Source: Clostridia bacterium
Lineage (GTDB): Bacteria; Bacillota; Clostridia; Lachnospirales; Lachnospiraceae
Length of the DNA: 64,000 bases
Reading direction: 5' to 3'
Assembly: GCA_003246295.1 (NCBI GenBank)
Contig: QKAS01000053.1
Location: forward strand, 46,948-110,947
Each line of letters starts with the position of its first letter. Position 1 is the stretch's first letter. The position numbers and the translations under genes were made by a program. Below, piece by piece: positions 30,838 to 41,750 of the stretch. The notes below the pieces were generated by a model that saw only the letters and a list, made by a program, of their open reading frames with translations, was not told where the DNA came from and searched no databases.

Positions 30838-32358
30838 ATGAGGAATCTGGCAGTAAGAGCATTTAAAATTGCAACTGTTTTTACAGTGCCCTTTTTGCTT
30901 CTCCTATCCGGAATAAATGTTCATGCAGCAGCAGACACCATTTATAATGGAATTTTAGTAGAAAGCGTTGATATTTCAGGAATGACAGTACCTGAAGCTA
31001 CCACGAGAATTAATCAATACGTTGATTCTTTGAAAGAGGTAGAGATTACTTTAACAACCCCTCAGGGAGAGCAGACTGTTCTAACAGCTGGGGAACTTGG
31101 TTTGACATGGGCTAATGATTATATTGTAGATGATGCATGTTCTTATGGAAAAAAGGGAAATGTTGTTCAGAGATATAAAGCAATTAAGGACCTTGAGCGT
31201 GAGAACAAAGTGTTTTCTATTGAATTTGATATGGATCAGAATGCCATTGCTCAGTTAATGGAAGAAAAGTGTAGTGTATTTAATGTAGAGGCAAAAGACG
31301 CTGTCCTTAAAAAAGTTGATGGAGCATTTGTGATTGAAGAAGGGCAGACTGGACTTAAAGTGAATGCAGCAGAATCTGCAAAAACGCTTATTCATTATTT
31401 ACAGACAGATTGGGAACATACACCAGCAGCTGTTGAACTTGTGGTTGATGTTGCAAATCCAAGAGGAACCAAAGAAGAACTCGAAAAAGTGAAAGATGTA
31501 ATAGGTACCTATACAACTGATTTTCATACTTCCGGCTCAGCTAGAACTGCAAATGTAATCAATGGCTGCAGATTGATCAATGGAACAACATTATATCCAG
31601 GTGATACTTTTTCGGCATATGAACATGTGAATCCTTTTACAGAAGAAAATGGGTATTATTTAGCGGGTTCTTATTTAAATGGTATGGTGGTTGAAAGTCT
31701 TGGAGGCGGTATTTGTCAGGTATCAACAACACTATATAATGCTGTTTTAAATGCAGAATTACAGGTTGATGAAAGATTTAACCATTCCATGATTGTATCT
31801 TATGTTCCACCTTCACAAGATGCAGCCATATCGGGTACATCAAAAGATTTTAAATTTACAAATAATACAGGTGCTCCTATTTATATTGAAGGAAGCACAA
31901 GTTCAAATAAAAAAATAACTTTTACGATTTATGGTGTTGAAACAAGAACGTCAGACAGAGTCGTATCCTATGAATCTGAAGTGCTTAAGACGACACAACC
32001 AGATGGAGAGCGCATTATTGCAGATGCATCTTTACCGGTTGGAAGTATTGATGTCCAGTCTGCACATATCGGGTATGTAGCTAGACTATGGAAAGTAGTT
32101 ACAGAGAATGGTGTAGAAGTAAGTCGTACAGAAGTAAACAAAAGTACTTATCAAGTGTCGCCCAGAACTGCTACAGTAGGTGTTTCTACAGCTGATCCAG
32201 CGGTATACAACGCAATGCAGGCAGCAATCGCGACAGGCAATATTGACCATGTTAAAGGAGTAGTAGCAGCATATAATGCAGCACAACAACAGATAGCAGC
32301 ACAGCAACAGGCAGCAGCAGTTCAAAACACAACAGATGCTGCAACAGCAGCAAATTAA
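30838..32358 (+). CDS. VanW-family exported protein
   Basis: Signal peptide, GGGICQVSTTLYN and ER.NHS...QDAAI motifs, G5-like tail; start after GGAGG RBS. Confidence 0.88.
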   Translation: MRNLAVRAFKIATVFTVPFLLLLSGINVHAAADTIYNGILVESVDISGMTVPEATTRINQYVDSLKEVEITLTTPQGEQTVLTAGELGLTWANDYIVDDACSYGKKGNVVQRYKAIKDLERENKVFSIEFDMDQNAIAQLMEEKCSVFNVEAKDAVLKKVDGAFVIEEGQTGLKVNAAESAKTLIHYLQTDWEHTPAAVELVVDVANPRGTKEELEKVKDVIGTYTTDFHTSGSARTANVINGCRLINGTTLYPGDTFSAYEHVNPFTEENGYYLAGSYLNGMVVESLGGGICQVSTTLYNAVLNAELQVDERFNHSMIVSYVPPSQDAAISGTSKDFKFTNNTGAPIYIEGSTSSNKKITFTIYGVETRTSDRVVSYESEVLKTTQPDGERIIADASLPVGSIDVQSAHIGYVARLWKVVTENGVEVSRTEVNKSTYQVSPRTATVGVSTADPAVYNAMQAAIATGNIDHVKGVVAAYNAAQQQIAAQQQAAAVQNTTDAATAAN

Positions 32359-32393
32359 GTGTCTGAATATTCATTCACAAAGGAGCTGGTACT

Positions 32394-33410
32394 TTGAAAA
32401 TTGGTAAAATATCTGAAAGTGTATTAAAACGATCTGTATTAAAACAAATAAAAACAAAAAGAAATGAAATTTTAATTGGCGCAGGCATAGGTGAAGACTG
32501 CGCCATTTTGTCGTTAAAAGAGGACGAAGTCGTTGTTTTATCAACGGACCCTATTACTGGAACAACCAAGGATATAGGGGAACTTTCCATTCATGTTACG
32601 ATAAATGATATTGCTTCTTCGGGTGCGGAACCTATAGGCGTTTTACTTACAATATTACTTCCACCGGAATCAGAAGAAGCAACGTTAAAAGAAATTATGA
32701 TATCAGCCCAAAAAGCTTGCACAAATCTTGGAATCCAAATAGCAGGAGGGCATACTGAGGTAACAGATGCAGTCAATCAGCCAATTATTACAGTCACAGG
32801 GATTGGAAAGGTAAAAAGAAGTGCCTGCTTGAAAACAGCAAATGCAAAGCCGGGTCAAGACATCGTGGTGAGCAAATATATTGGACTTGAAGGGACATCT
32901 ATTTTAGCAAAATCTTATCCAGAACTTTTAGAAAAATTCCCACAAACATTTATTAGAAATGCTGCCGCATTAGACAGGTGCTTATCGGTTGTACCTGAAG
33001 CAGTAGTCGCCGTAAAAACAGGAGTTAGTGCAATGCACGATATTACAGAAGGGGGTATTTTTGGTGCACTTTGGGAAATGGCAGAAGGCTCAAGAGTAGG
33101 ACTAGAAGTTGATTTAAAAAAAATACCAATTCGTCAAGAGACTGTTGAAATCTGTAATTATTTTGATCTTAATCCATATTTACTTATGTCAAGCGGTTCG
33201 ATGCTTATGGTAACTGACAAAGGGCCTGAACTGGTGAAAAACCTGATTAAGGAAAACATACAGGCTGCTATTATTGGAAAAATAACTTCTGGTAATGATA
33301 GAGTTATTTTGAATGACGATGAAAAAAGATTTTTAGAACCACCAAAATCAGATGAACTGTATAAAGTAAGGGAGAAGAATTGTGAGAGAAAAAATACTGA
33401 GAATCATTGA
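32394..33410 (+). CDS. AIR synthase-related (HypE-like) protein
   Basis: GEDCA, STDPITG, NDIA, GGHTE and MHDITEGG motifs. Confidence 0.85.
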   Translation: MKIGKISESVLKRSVLKQIKTKRNEILIGAGIGEDCAILSLKEDEVVVLSTDPITGTTKDIGELSIHVTINDIASSGAEPIGVLLTILLPPESEEATLKEIMISAQKACTNLGIQIAGGHTEVTDAVNQPIITVTGIGKVKRSACLKTANAKPGQDIVVSKYIGLEGTSILAKSYPELLEKFPQTFIRNAAALDRCLSVVPEAVVAVKTGVSAMHDITEGGIFGALWEMAEGSRVGLEVDLKKIPIRQETVEICNYFDLNPYLLMSSGSMLMVTDKGPELVKNLIKENIQAAIIGKITSGNDRVILNDDEKRFLEPPKSDELYKVREKNCERKNTENH

Positions 33411-33864
33411 AAAAAATAGCAGAATAGACTTGGGAGAACTTGCAGTGTTGCTAGGGGTGGAAGAAATTGATATCGTGAATGAACTTGCAGCAATGGAATC
33501 AGAGGGAGTAATTTGTGGCTATCATACATTGATTGATTGGGAAAAAACCAGTATCGAAAAAACAACAGCGCTAATAGAAGTGAGAGTAACCCCACAAAGA
33601 GGACATGGGTTTGATTCTATTGCGGAAAGAATTTATCAGTATCCTGAAGTAAGGGACGTCTACCTGATTTCAGGAGGATATGATCTTCTAATCATTATGG
33701 AAGGGAAGACATTGAAAGAAATCGCTAATTTTGTTTCAGATAAGCTTTCTACACAGGATTCCATATTAAGCACGGCAACACATTTTATTCTAAAAAAATA
33801 TAAAGAACACGGTACAATCCTTGATAAAAAAAGTACTGATGAAAGGATGCAGATTACGCCATGA
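33382..33864 (+). CDS. Lrp/AsnC-family regulator
   Basis: N-terminal HTH plus ISGGYDL (RAM domain). Confidence 0.88.
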   Translation: MREKILRIIEKNSRIDLGELAVLLGVEEIDIVNELAAMESEGVICGYHTLIDWEKTSIEKTTALIEVRVTPQRGHGFDSIAERIYQYPEVRDVYLISGGYDLLIIMEGKTLKEIANFVSDKLSTQDSILSTATHFILKKYKEHGTILDKKSTDERMQITP

Positions 33865-35054
33865 GAAATCCACTTTCAAAGCAGGTGGTTGAGATCAAAC
33901 CATCTGGAATCAGAAAATTCTTTGATATCGTAAGTGAAATGAAGGATGCAATATCACTTGGGGTAGGAGAACCAGATTTTGATACGCCTTGGCATATTCG
34001 AGATGAGGGAATGTACTCACTTGAAAAGGGACGGACATTTTATACCTCCAATGCAGGTTTAAGGGAACTTAAAATGGAGATTACAGAATATCTGAAACGT
34101 CGCTATCAACTGCAGTACAACTATCAGGATGAAGTGATTGTAACGGTCGGAGGATCAGAGGCTATTGATATTGGCTTGCGAGCTCTGCTAGATCCTGGAG
34201 ATGAAGTTTTGATTCCACAACCAAGCTATGTGTCCTATGAACCATGTACGATACTTGCAGGCGGAAAGCCTGTTGTAATAGAACTAAAAAATGAAGATCA
34301 ATTCAGATTAACACCGAAACAGCTGGAAGCCTCTATAACAAATAAAACAAAAGTATTAATCTTACCTTATCCGAATAATCCAACGGGTGCAATTATGAAT
34401 CGCTCTGATCTTGAAAAAATCACTGAGATTATTATAAAGAATGATATGATTGTAATGTCAGATGAAATATATTCAGAACTTTCATATAATGGAGAGCATA
34501 CGTCAATTGCCTCTCTTCCGGGGATGAAAGAAAGAACTATATTAATTAACGGTTTTTCCAAGTCATATGCAATGACTGGTTGGCGTCTTGGATATGCATG
34601 TGGACCAAAAGAGATTATAGAGCAAATGATCAAAATTCATCAGTTTGCGATTATGTGTGCTCCAACGACAAGCCAGTACGCTGCAATAGAAGCCCTAAAA
34701 AATGGTGATGAAGATGTTGCGCAGATGAGAGAAGCTTATAATCAACGACGCAGGTATTTAATACATGCATTTAAAAAGATGGAACTGGACTGCTTTGAAC
34801 CATATGGCGCGTTTTATGTCTTTCCATGTATTAGAGAATTTAAAATGACTTCAGAAGAGTTTGCAACAAGGCTGTTACAGGAAGAGAAAGTTGCAGTTGT
34901 ACCAGGTACGGCTTTTGGAGATTGTGGTGAAGGATTTTTAAGAATATCCTATGCCTATTCTCTTGATAGAATTAAAATTGCAATAGGAAGAATTGAGAAA
35001 TTTGTATTTCGATTAAGAGATGAACAAAAAGAAAAAGAGCAGGAGTACAGATAG
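33861..35054 (+). CDS. Class I/II PLP-dependent aminotransferase
   Basis: GEPDF, PNNPTG, DEIY and SKSYAMTGWRLG motifs. Confidence 0.92.
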   Translation: MRNPLSKQVVEIKPSGIRKFFDIVSEMKDAISLGVGEPDFDTPWHIRDEGMYSLEKGRTFYTSNAGLRELKMEITEYLKRRYQLQYNYQDEVIVTVGGSEAIDIGLRALLDPGDEVLIPQPSYVSYEPCTILAGGKPVVIELKNEDQFRLTPKQLEASITNKTKVLILPYPNNPTGAIMNRSDLEKITEIIIKNDMIVMSDEIYSELSYNGEHTSIASLPGMKERTILINGFSKSYAMTGWRLGYACGPKEIIEQMIKIHQFAIMCAPTTSQYAAIEALKNGDEDVAQMREAYNQRRRYLIHAFKKMELDCFEPYGAFYVFPCIREFKMTSEEFATRLLQEEKVAVVPGTAFGDCGEGFLRISYAYSLDRIKIAIGRIEKFVFRLRDEQKEKEQEYR

Positions 35055-35057
35055 TAT

Positions 35058-35555
35058 ATGTTGAATATAATTTTGTTTCAACCTGAAATACCAGCAAATA
35101 CAGGAAATATAGGAAGAACCTGTGTTGCAACAAACACAAGACTTCATTTGATTGAGCCACTAGGATTTCGTTTAAATGAAAAAGAAATAAAAAGAGCCGG
35201 TATGGACTACTGGGAACATCTTGATGTAATCAGATATATGAATTATGAGGAATTTTGTCTGAAAAATCCCAATGTTAAAATTTGGATGGCAACTACGAAG
35301 GCGAAACATGTTTATTCTGAAGTAAAATATGGACCTGACGATTATATTATGTTCGGAAAAGAAAGCGCTGGGATTCCAGAAGAAGTCCTGGTGGAACATG
35401 AGGAAACCTGTATCAGAATTCCTATGATGGACACGATCAGGTCACTTAATTTATCAAACTCGGTGTCCATTGTATTATATGAAGCTCTCAGACAAAATCA
35501 ATTTTCTGGGATGAAAACACAAGGAGAGCTTCATCATCTACATTGGAAAAAATAA
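35058..35555 (+). CDS. trmL: tRNA (cytidine(34)-2'-O)-methyltransferase
   Basis: PEIPANTGNI, RAGMDYW, FGKESAG and RSLNLS SPOUT motifs. Confidence 0.92.
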   Translation: MLNIILFQPEIPANTGNIGRTCVATNTRLHLIEPLGFRLNEKEIKRAGMDYWEHLDVIRYMNYEEFCLKNPNVKIWMATTKAKHVYSEVKYGPDDYIMFGKESAGIPEEVLVEHEETCIRIPMMDTIRSLNLSNSVSIVLYEALRQNQFSGMKTQGELHHLHWKK

Positions 35556-35557
35556 AA

Positions 35558-36982
35558 TTATTCTTCATTGCTTTTTTCGGACTTCATTAATGAGAAAATA
35601 AATTCTGTACCAACACCTTCTGTGCTGACAACATTTATGTTTTCTCCATGTGCGTGTATAATTTCTTTGGTAATAGAAAGTCCAAGACCAGTTCCTTTTT
35701 TGTCTTTACCACGAGACTGGTCTGTTTTATAAAAACGGTCCCAGATCATTTTAAGGCTTTCTTTTGGAATTCCAATGCCACTGTCTTTTATTGATACAAA
35801 AATTTTACTATGCTTTTCGGTTGTTTCAATCTTGATTACAGAATCACGATGGCTAAATTTGATTGCATTATCCAGCAGATTATATAGGACCTGCTGGATT
35901 TTTGTGATATCAGCATTGACGAACATTACTTCACCAGTCAGAATCAGTTCAATTGCAATCATTTTTCTAATACAGGTACCTTCAAAAGAGGCAGCTGTAT
36001 TTTTTATAACCTGATTTATGTCAAAATCATTTTTTTCCAGAAACATACCGTTTGAGTTAAGGCTATTTAAAGAAAGTAAATTATTGGTGAGTTTGGTAAG
36101 CCGCTGGGTTTCATTAAGAACAATTCCTAGATATTTTTCATGTGCTTCACATGGAATGGTTCCGTCAATCATTGCTTCCAGATATCCTCGTATTGAAGTA
36201 AGAGGAGAACGAAAATCATGAGAAACATTTGCAACAATTTTTTTTTGGTTTTCTTCACTTCTGGCAATCTCGCTTGCCATGTACGACAGAGATGCTGCCA
36301 GATAACCAATTTCATCAGCGCTGTCTACTTGAAAACGATATTTCATATTTCCAGCCGCATATTGTTCTGTAGCAAAGGTAATCTTTCGAAGAGGGAGATA
36401 AACAAGCTCTGTAAAGAAGATTAATATAATTAAGGATAATAAAAACAAAATAACAAGCAGAATATAAGAAATCGTTAGTAGGCTATTAGCAGAGTCTGTT
36501 AAATTAGAGATTGCTGTGTGAATCACAACATACCCTTTTACCTCATAATTCGAAGTTATAGGAGAAAATACACTCAAAGTCTTTTCGTCAAACATACCAA
36601 AGAAATTACCAACAGTATAATAAGAACCTGCAGTGATTGTTGGGTCAAAATGATTCACAATAACAGGGTTATTAATATCAAGTGGCTTTGAAGTGTCTAT
36701 AACAAGCCGACCGGATGGATTAATAATCCATATGGATGCTGATAAAAAAGTATCCAGTGCATCTAACTGCTTTTGAACGGTATCAATAGAAACTTCGTTA
36801 TTGTAAAGGTCAGATGCATAGGTTGTAGCTATTAAAGTTGCTTCTTTGTATAAAGCATTCGCTTTCTCGCGCTTCAGGTGCTCGAATGTCATACTGGAAA
36901 CAAAAGTTGCAACCACAAGAAACCCAAAGAACGCAAAAATAACATATGCAAGAATAAACTTAGTGTAAAGCGTCTTTTTCAT
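35558..36982 (-). CDS. HAMP sensor histidine kinase
   Basis: SHDFRSPL, NLLDNAIKF, DSGIGI and GTGLGL motifs. Confidence 0.9.
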   Translation of the reverse strand: MKKTLYTKFILAYVIFAFFGFLVVATFVSSMTFEHLKREKANALYKEATLIATTYASDLYNNEVSIDTVQKQLDALDTFLSASIWIINPSGRLVIDTSKPLDINNPVIVNHFDPTITAGSYYTVGNFFGMFDEKTLSVFSPITSNYEVKGYVVIHTAISNLTDSANSLLTISYILLVILFLLSLIILIFFTELVYLPLRKITFATEQYAAGNMKYRFQVDSADEIGYLAASLSYMASEIARSEENQKKIVANVSHDFRSPLTSIRGYLEAMIDGTIPCEAHEKYLGIVLNETQRLTKLTNNLLSLNSLNSNGMFLEKNDFDINQVIKNTAASFEGTCIRKMIAIELILTGEVMFVNADITKIQQVLYNLLDNAIKFSHRDSVIKIETTEKHSKIFVSIKDSGIGIPKESLKMIWDRFYKTDQSRGKDKKGTGLGLSITKEIIHAHGENINVVSTEGVGTEFIFSLMKSEKSNEE

Positions 36983-37680
36983 TATCTTACCTCAAATTTA
37001 TACCCGATTCCCCATATGGTCGAAAGTTTCCACGAAGGATGATCATTAATTTTTTCGCGAAGCCTTTTAATGTGAACATCTACAGTTCGGGTATCACCAA
37101 TGTATTCATAGCCCCAAATCTGATCAAGTAACTGCTCTCTTGTAAAAACATGGTTTGGAGAAGAGGCAAGAAAATAAAGAAGTTCAAGTTCTTTTGGCGG
37201 CATATCAACAGTTTTTCCCATGTACACAACGGAATAATTCGTTTGATTTATGACAAGATCTGGATATTCCACAACTTTTACATCCATATTTGGATTGTTA
37301 GAAACAACTGGTTTATATCTTCGCAGGACAGCTTTGGATCTAGCAACCAATTCTTTTGAATCGAAAGGTTTTTCGATATAGTCATCAGCTCCAAGTTCGA
37401 GACCAAGTACTTTATCAAAGACTTCTCCTTTTGCTGAAAGCATAATAATAGGTGTTGTATGTTTAATACGGACTTCACGGCAGACTTGATATCCATCAAT
37501 TCCTGGAAGCATCAGATCAAGGAGAATCAGATTAGGATCAAATGTTTCTACGGCAAGAAGTGCAGACTCCCCATCATTAACAATCATTGTTTCAAAACAT
37601 TCTTTGGTAAGATATAAAGAAATCAGTTCTGCAATATTGTTATCATCATCTACGATTAATATCTTCTGTTTGCTCACCAT
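36982..37680 (-). CDS. OmpR-family response regulator
   Basis: Receiver domain plus winged helix (RTVDVHIKRLR). Confidence 0.92.
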   Translation of the reverse strand: MVSKQKILIVDDDNNIAELISLYLTKECFETMIVNDGESALLAVETFDPNLILLDLMLPGIDGYQVCREVRIKHTTPIIMLSAKGEVFDKVLGLELGADDYIEKPFDSKELVARSKAVLRRYKPVVSNNPNMDVKVVEYPDLVINQTNYSVVYMGKTVDMPPKELELLYFLASSPNHVFTREQLLDQIWGYEYIGDTRTVDVHIKRLREKINDHPSWKLSTIWGIGYKFEVR

Positions 37681-37708
37681 TTTCGGCTACCTTCTTTCTG
37701 TTATTATT

Positions 37709-40078
37709 TTATTTTTTAAAAATAGCAATTGTGACACCCGCGTCACCTTCTCCGAATTCACCTAATCGGAAGGATTCTACATATTTTGCTTTCCTTAGAT
37801 GCTGATGTACTGCATTTCTCAGTGCGCCAGTACCTTTTCCGTGTACAATTCTGACACTAGGCAGATGTGACAGGTATGCATCGTCAAGATACTTATCGAG
37901 TTCAGAAAGTGCTTCATCAACTGTACGACCAAGCAAATTTATTTCCATAGAAATTGTTGATGTTTTTGAAAGTTTCATTTTACCTGTTGATGTGCGTCCT
38001 GACAATTTCTTTGTTATATCTTCATCATCCAGACGAATCAGATCTTTGATATTTGCTTGTGTACGCATGATTCCACACTGTATAAATAAGTTTCCTTTTT
38101 GATCCGGAAGTGAATGCACTGAACCTTTCAGTCCCATTGAAACAATTTTTACAGTATCACCAAGTTTGACCTGTAATGGTTTTTTTGAAACTGTTTCAGA
38201 AGGTTTTAGTGTTAGGTTACTGTTTTTTTCATTTATTTTATTTCGTAGTTTCTGACGAGATTGTTCCATGTCTTTTACAGTAACAGAAGAATTATTTTTT
38301 TGAAATTCTCGAATAGACTCATCAGCAATTTCCTTTGCTTCTTGAAGGATATCACGAGCTTTTTCATTTGCTTCCCGAAGAATTTTTTCGCGTGCCTGGT
38401 CAAGTCGTTCTTGTTTTTGTGAAAGCTGAAGTTTAAGAGATTCAACTTCTTTTTTATAGGCAGCAATTTCAAGTCGTTCGGTCTCAATTGTTTTTCTACT
38501 TTTTTCAAGATCAGATATTATATCTTCGAAACTTTCGTCTTCCTGGCTCAGTTCATTTTTTGCAGAGGCAACAATATAGTCAGGAAGGCCCAATTTACTA
38601 GAGATTGCAAATGCATTACTTTTACCAGGGATACCTATCAATAAACGATAGGTTGGACGAAGTGTTTCAACATCAAATTCGCAGCTTGCATTTTCTACGC
38701 CGGGAGTTGAGAGTGCAAATAGTTTTAATTCACTATAATGTGTGGTTGCAGCAGTACGAATTCCACGTTGGTGAAGATGCTTTAATATTGCAATGGCTAA
38801 AGCCGCTCCTTCCGTCGGGTCAGTGCCAGCACCAAGCTCATCAAACAGACAAAGAGAATTTGAATCAGCTTCTTTTAAAATAGACACAATGTTTGTCATA
38901 TGTGAAGAAAAAGTACTTAGGCTTTGTTCAATACTCTGTTCGTCTCCGATGTCGGCATATACTTCATGAAAGAGAGACAATTCAGATCTGTCAAGTGCAG
39001 GAATATGAAGACCTGCCTGCCCCATGAGCGTCAACAAGCCAACCGTTTTTAAAGATACTGTTTTACCGCCAGTATTAGGTCCTGTGACAACAAGAAGATC
39101 AAACGTATTTCCAAGTTCGATATCAATAGGAACTACAGAGGATTTGTTCAAAAGTGGATGTCTGCCTTTTCGAATCACAATTCTATGATCAGAATTCATA
39201 ATGGGCATTGTTGCATTTTGATCCAGAGCAAGTGCAGCTTTTGCAAAAATAAAATCAAGTTGCGTCAGAAGATTATAATTCTGCCGTATCTGTTCTATTG
39301 AGTCAGAAGATTTAACACTCAGAACGGATAGGATAACTTCTATTTCCGCCTCCTCCTGAAGAGAAAGTTCTTTTATTTGATTATTCAATGAGACTACAGA
39401 AGCGGGTTCAATAAATAATGTAGACCCAGTTTGTGACTGGTCATGTATCATTCCTGGCACTTGATTTTTGTATTCGGATTTGACAGGAATGCAATATCTG
39501 TTATTACGCATCGTAATAACAGCATCCTGAAGGTAAGTACGATGGGAACCATTTACCATTTGTGATAGTTGCTGGTGAATTTTTTCATTCGTTAGAATGA
39601 TGCTTCTGCGAATATGTTTCAGGGTAGGCGAAGCATCGTCACTTATTTCATCTTCTGCCAGGATACAACGGCGTATCTCGCTGGACAAAGGACTTACGGG
39701 TTCAAGTCCATCGAAAAGATTTTCGAGAGAATCAGCGATAGAATCATCTTTTTCATTACGACCGTAAGATTTAATTCTTGCACTGCACTCCAAAATAGCA
39801 GCTATTTTTAATAGTTCACCAGCAGAAAGAATACTTCCGATTTCTAGTGATTTCATCATTCCAAGTATATTTCGATTACCACGAAAAGATGGAGCCCCTT
39901 TTTTGAACAATCGTGACAAAGCATCCTGTGTCTGAATCTGGGCTTCGGTGATTGCTTCAATTTCAGTCATAGGTTTTAAATCATTACATAATAGCTTACC
40001 AGGTTCAGAAGTTGCTTTCTCAGTTAATACAGTAATTACTTTGTTATATTCAAGGACTCTTAGTACTTTTTCATTCAT
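37709..40078 (-). CDS. mutS2: Endonuclease MutS2
   Basis: GPNTGGKT, LSTFSSHM, DELGAGTDP and Smr domain HGKGTG motifs. Confidence 0.95.
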   Translation of the reverse strand: MNEKVLRVLEYNKVITVLTEKATSEPGKLLCNDLKPMTEIEAITEAQIQTQDALSRLFKKGAPSFRGNRNILGMMKSLEIGSILSAGELLKIAAILECSARIKSYGRNEKDDSIADSLENLFDGLEPVSPLSSEIRRCILAEDEISDDASPTLKHIRRSIILTNEKIHQQLSQMVNGSHRTYLQDAVITMRNNRYCIPVKSEYKNQVPGMIHDQSQTGSTLFIEPASVVSLNNQIKELSLQEEAEIEVILSVLSVKSSDSIEQIRQNYNLLTQLDFIFAKAALALDQNATMPIMNSDHRIVIRKGRHPLLNKSSVVPIDIELGNTFDLLVVTGPNTGGKTVSLKTVGLLTLMGQAGLHIPALDRSELSLFHEVYADIGDEQSIEQSLSTFSSHMTNIVSILKEADSNSLCLFDELGAGTDPTEGAALAIAILKHLHQRGIRTAATTHYSELKLFALSTPGVENASCEFDVETLRPTYRLLIGIPGKSNAFAISSKLGLPDYIVASAKNELSQEDESFEDIISDLEKSRKTIETERLEIAAYKKEVESLKLQLSQKQERLDQAREKILREANEKARDILQEAKEIADESIREFQKNNSSVTVKDMEQSRQKLRNKINEKNSNLTLKPSETVSKKPLQVKLGDTVKIVSMGLKGSVHSLPDQKGNLFIQCGIMRTQANIKDLIRLDDEDITKKLSGRTSTGKMKLSKTSTISMEINLLGRTVDEALSELDKYLDDAYLSHLPSVRIVHGKGTGALRNAVHQHLRKAKYVESFRLGEFGEGDAGVTIAIFKK

Positions 40079-40265
40079 AACAATTATTTCACCTTATTTG
40101 TATAAAATTTATTTCATGATTTTTAATTTCAAGATAAAACAATAATATCATAGAAGTAAAAAAAAAACCACGAGGAAGTCCTTTCTTTACAAGCAGTCAG
40201 GTATCAGATATACTTAATGCGTAATCATTACAAAAAGAAGATATATTTAGTGATGGAGATTTAAC

Positions 40266-41618
40266 ATGGAACCCGAAAAAAGAAATACATCTGATACGGA
40301 AAATAAAACAGTTGTGACCGATCAGGAGTTTGAAGTTATTAAAGAGAGAATTAAAGAGAGACCAATCAATCGAAAGAAACTTCTAAGAAGAACGATAATG
40401 ACAGTTGCATTTGCTGTTATATTTGGTTTGATTGCCTGTCTGACATTTCTTGTTCTTGAACCGGTATTTAGTAACTGGCTCTATCCAGAAGAAGAACCCA
40501 AACCGGTCACATTCCCGCAAGTTGAAGAAGAAATTCTTCCTGAAGATATGGTACAGACAGATAGTCAACTTGAAGAGAATCAAGAAGAAGAGCAGGCAGA
40601 ACAGGTCGTCACAGAAACAATTGTAGAAAAGGTTGATTTGGAAATTACAGATTATCAGTTATTATATAATAAGCTATATGAAGTAGCGAAAGAATGTTCA
40701 AAAAGTATGGTAACAGTGACGGGTGTAAAATCTGATGTTGACTGGTTCAATAATCCATACGAAAGTAAAGGACAGGCTTTTGGTCTTATAATTGCCGATA
40801 ATGGGAAAGGGTTATTGATTCTGGCAGATAAGAAAGCTGTAGAAGAAGCAGAAACAATACAAGTGACTTTTGGAGATGGAACACAAGCCATGGCAGAGTT
40901 GATTGGATCTGATCTTACAACAGGTCTTGCTGTAATAAGTGTATCTTATGACCTGATGAATCAGAATACATTAAACGCTATTACGATAGCAAAACTTGGA
41001 AGTTCAAATTCTGCAAATCTTGCAGGGAGCCCAGTGATAGCACTCGGAAGCCCGATGGGTATGAATGGATCGGTCGTATATGGAATGTTGACATCTGTTG
41101 GAAATCCAGTAAGTGTTGTTGATAACTCATATAAATCTTTAGCAACGGATATCTACGGAAGCACAGATGCTGGTGGAATTCTAATCAGTATGAAAGGAGA
41201 TATCATCGGATTAATTAATATGACTTATGCGAATGATACGACTCCGAACCTGATTACTGCACTTGGAATTACAGAGTTGAAAAAGACAATCGAGAAAATT
41301 TCAAATCATGGAAAACTTGCATATCTTGGAATACACGGAATTGATGTTTCACAACAAGCAAACCAGGAACTGGGTGTGCCTTTTGGTGCATTCGTTACAG
41401 AAATCAGTGTTGATTCCCCTGCTATGCAGCATGGGATTCAAAGTGGAGATGTCATTGTCAAGATAGGAAACATAGCAATTGAAGATTTTAATTCCTATGT
41501 TAGTGCTATTATGGCACTTGAACCTGAGGACACTGTTACAATTACAATCATGCGACAGGGACAGGATGAATATCGCGAAATGTCATTTGAAATTACGCTT
41601 GGAAGTCAGGAGTCATAA
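40266..41618 (+). CDS. HtrA/DegS-like trypsin-PDZ membrane protein with degenerate catalytic triad
   Basis: TM anchor, trypsin-like fold (G..VIALGSP, GDIIGL) and PDZ domain (SPA..GIQSGDVI). Confidence 0.8.
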   Translation: MEPEKRNTSDTENKTVVTDQEFEVIKERIKERPINRKKLLRRTIMTVAFAVIFGLIACLTFLVLEPVFSNWLYPEEEPKPVTFPQVEEEILPEDMVQTDSQLEENQEEEQAEQVVTETIVEKVDLEITDYQLLYNKLYEVAKECSKSMVTVTGVKSDVDWFNNPYESKGQAFGLIIADNGKGLLILADKKAVEEAETIQVTFGDGTQAMAELIGSDLTTGLAVISVSYDLMNQNTLNAITIAKLGSSNSANLAGSPVIALGSPMGMNGSVVYGMLTSVGNPVSVVDNSYKSLATDIYGSTDAGGILISMKGDIIGLINMTYANDTTPNLITALGITELKKTIEKISNHGKLAYLGIHGIDVSQQANQELGVPFGAFVTEISVDSPAMQHGIQSGDVIVKIGNIAIEDFNSYVSAIMALEPEDTVTITIMRQGQDEYREMSFEITLGSQES

Positions 41619-41750
41619 TTCTTAAACAAGAAATATAAGTTATAATAAAAATAATACAGAATCAAAATAAATACATGAAAAGGAATCAACGTGAATAAAA
41701 ATCGCGATTCTTAATTTGTATGCGTGTTAAATCACGCAGATGGGAGAAAA

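Noticed and set aside
32210..32355. GCAGCA/CAGCAA low-complexity repeats
   Set aside because: They simply encode the Ala/Gln-rich tail of the VanW-family protein.
30838..32358. vanW as evidence of vancomycin resistance
   Set aside because: No vanH/A/B/X/R/S genes nearby; VanW-family proteins are common housekeeping proteins in Clostridia.
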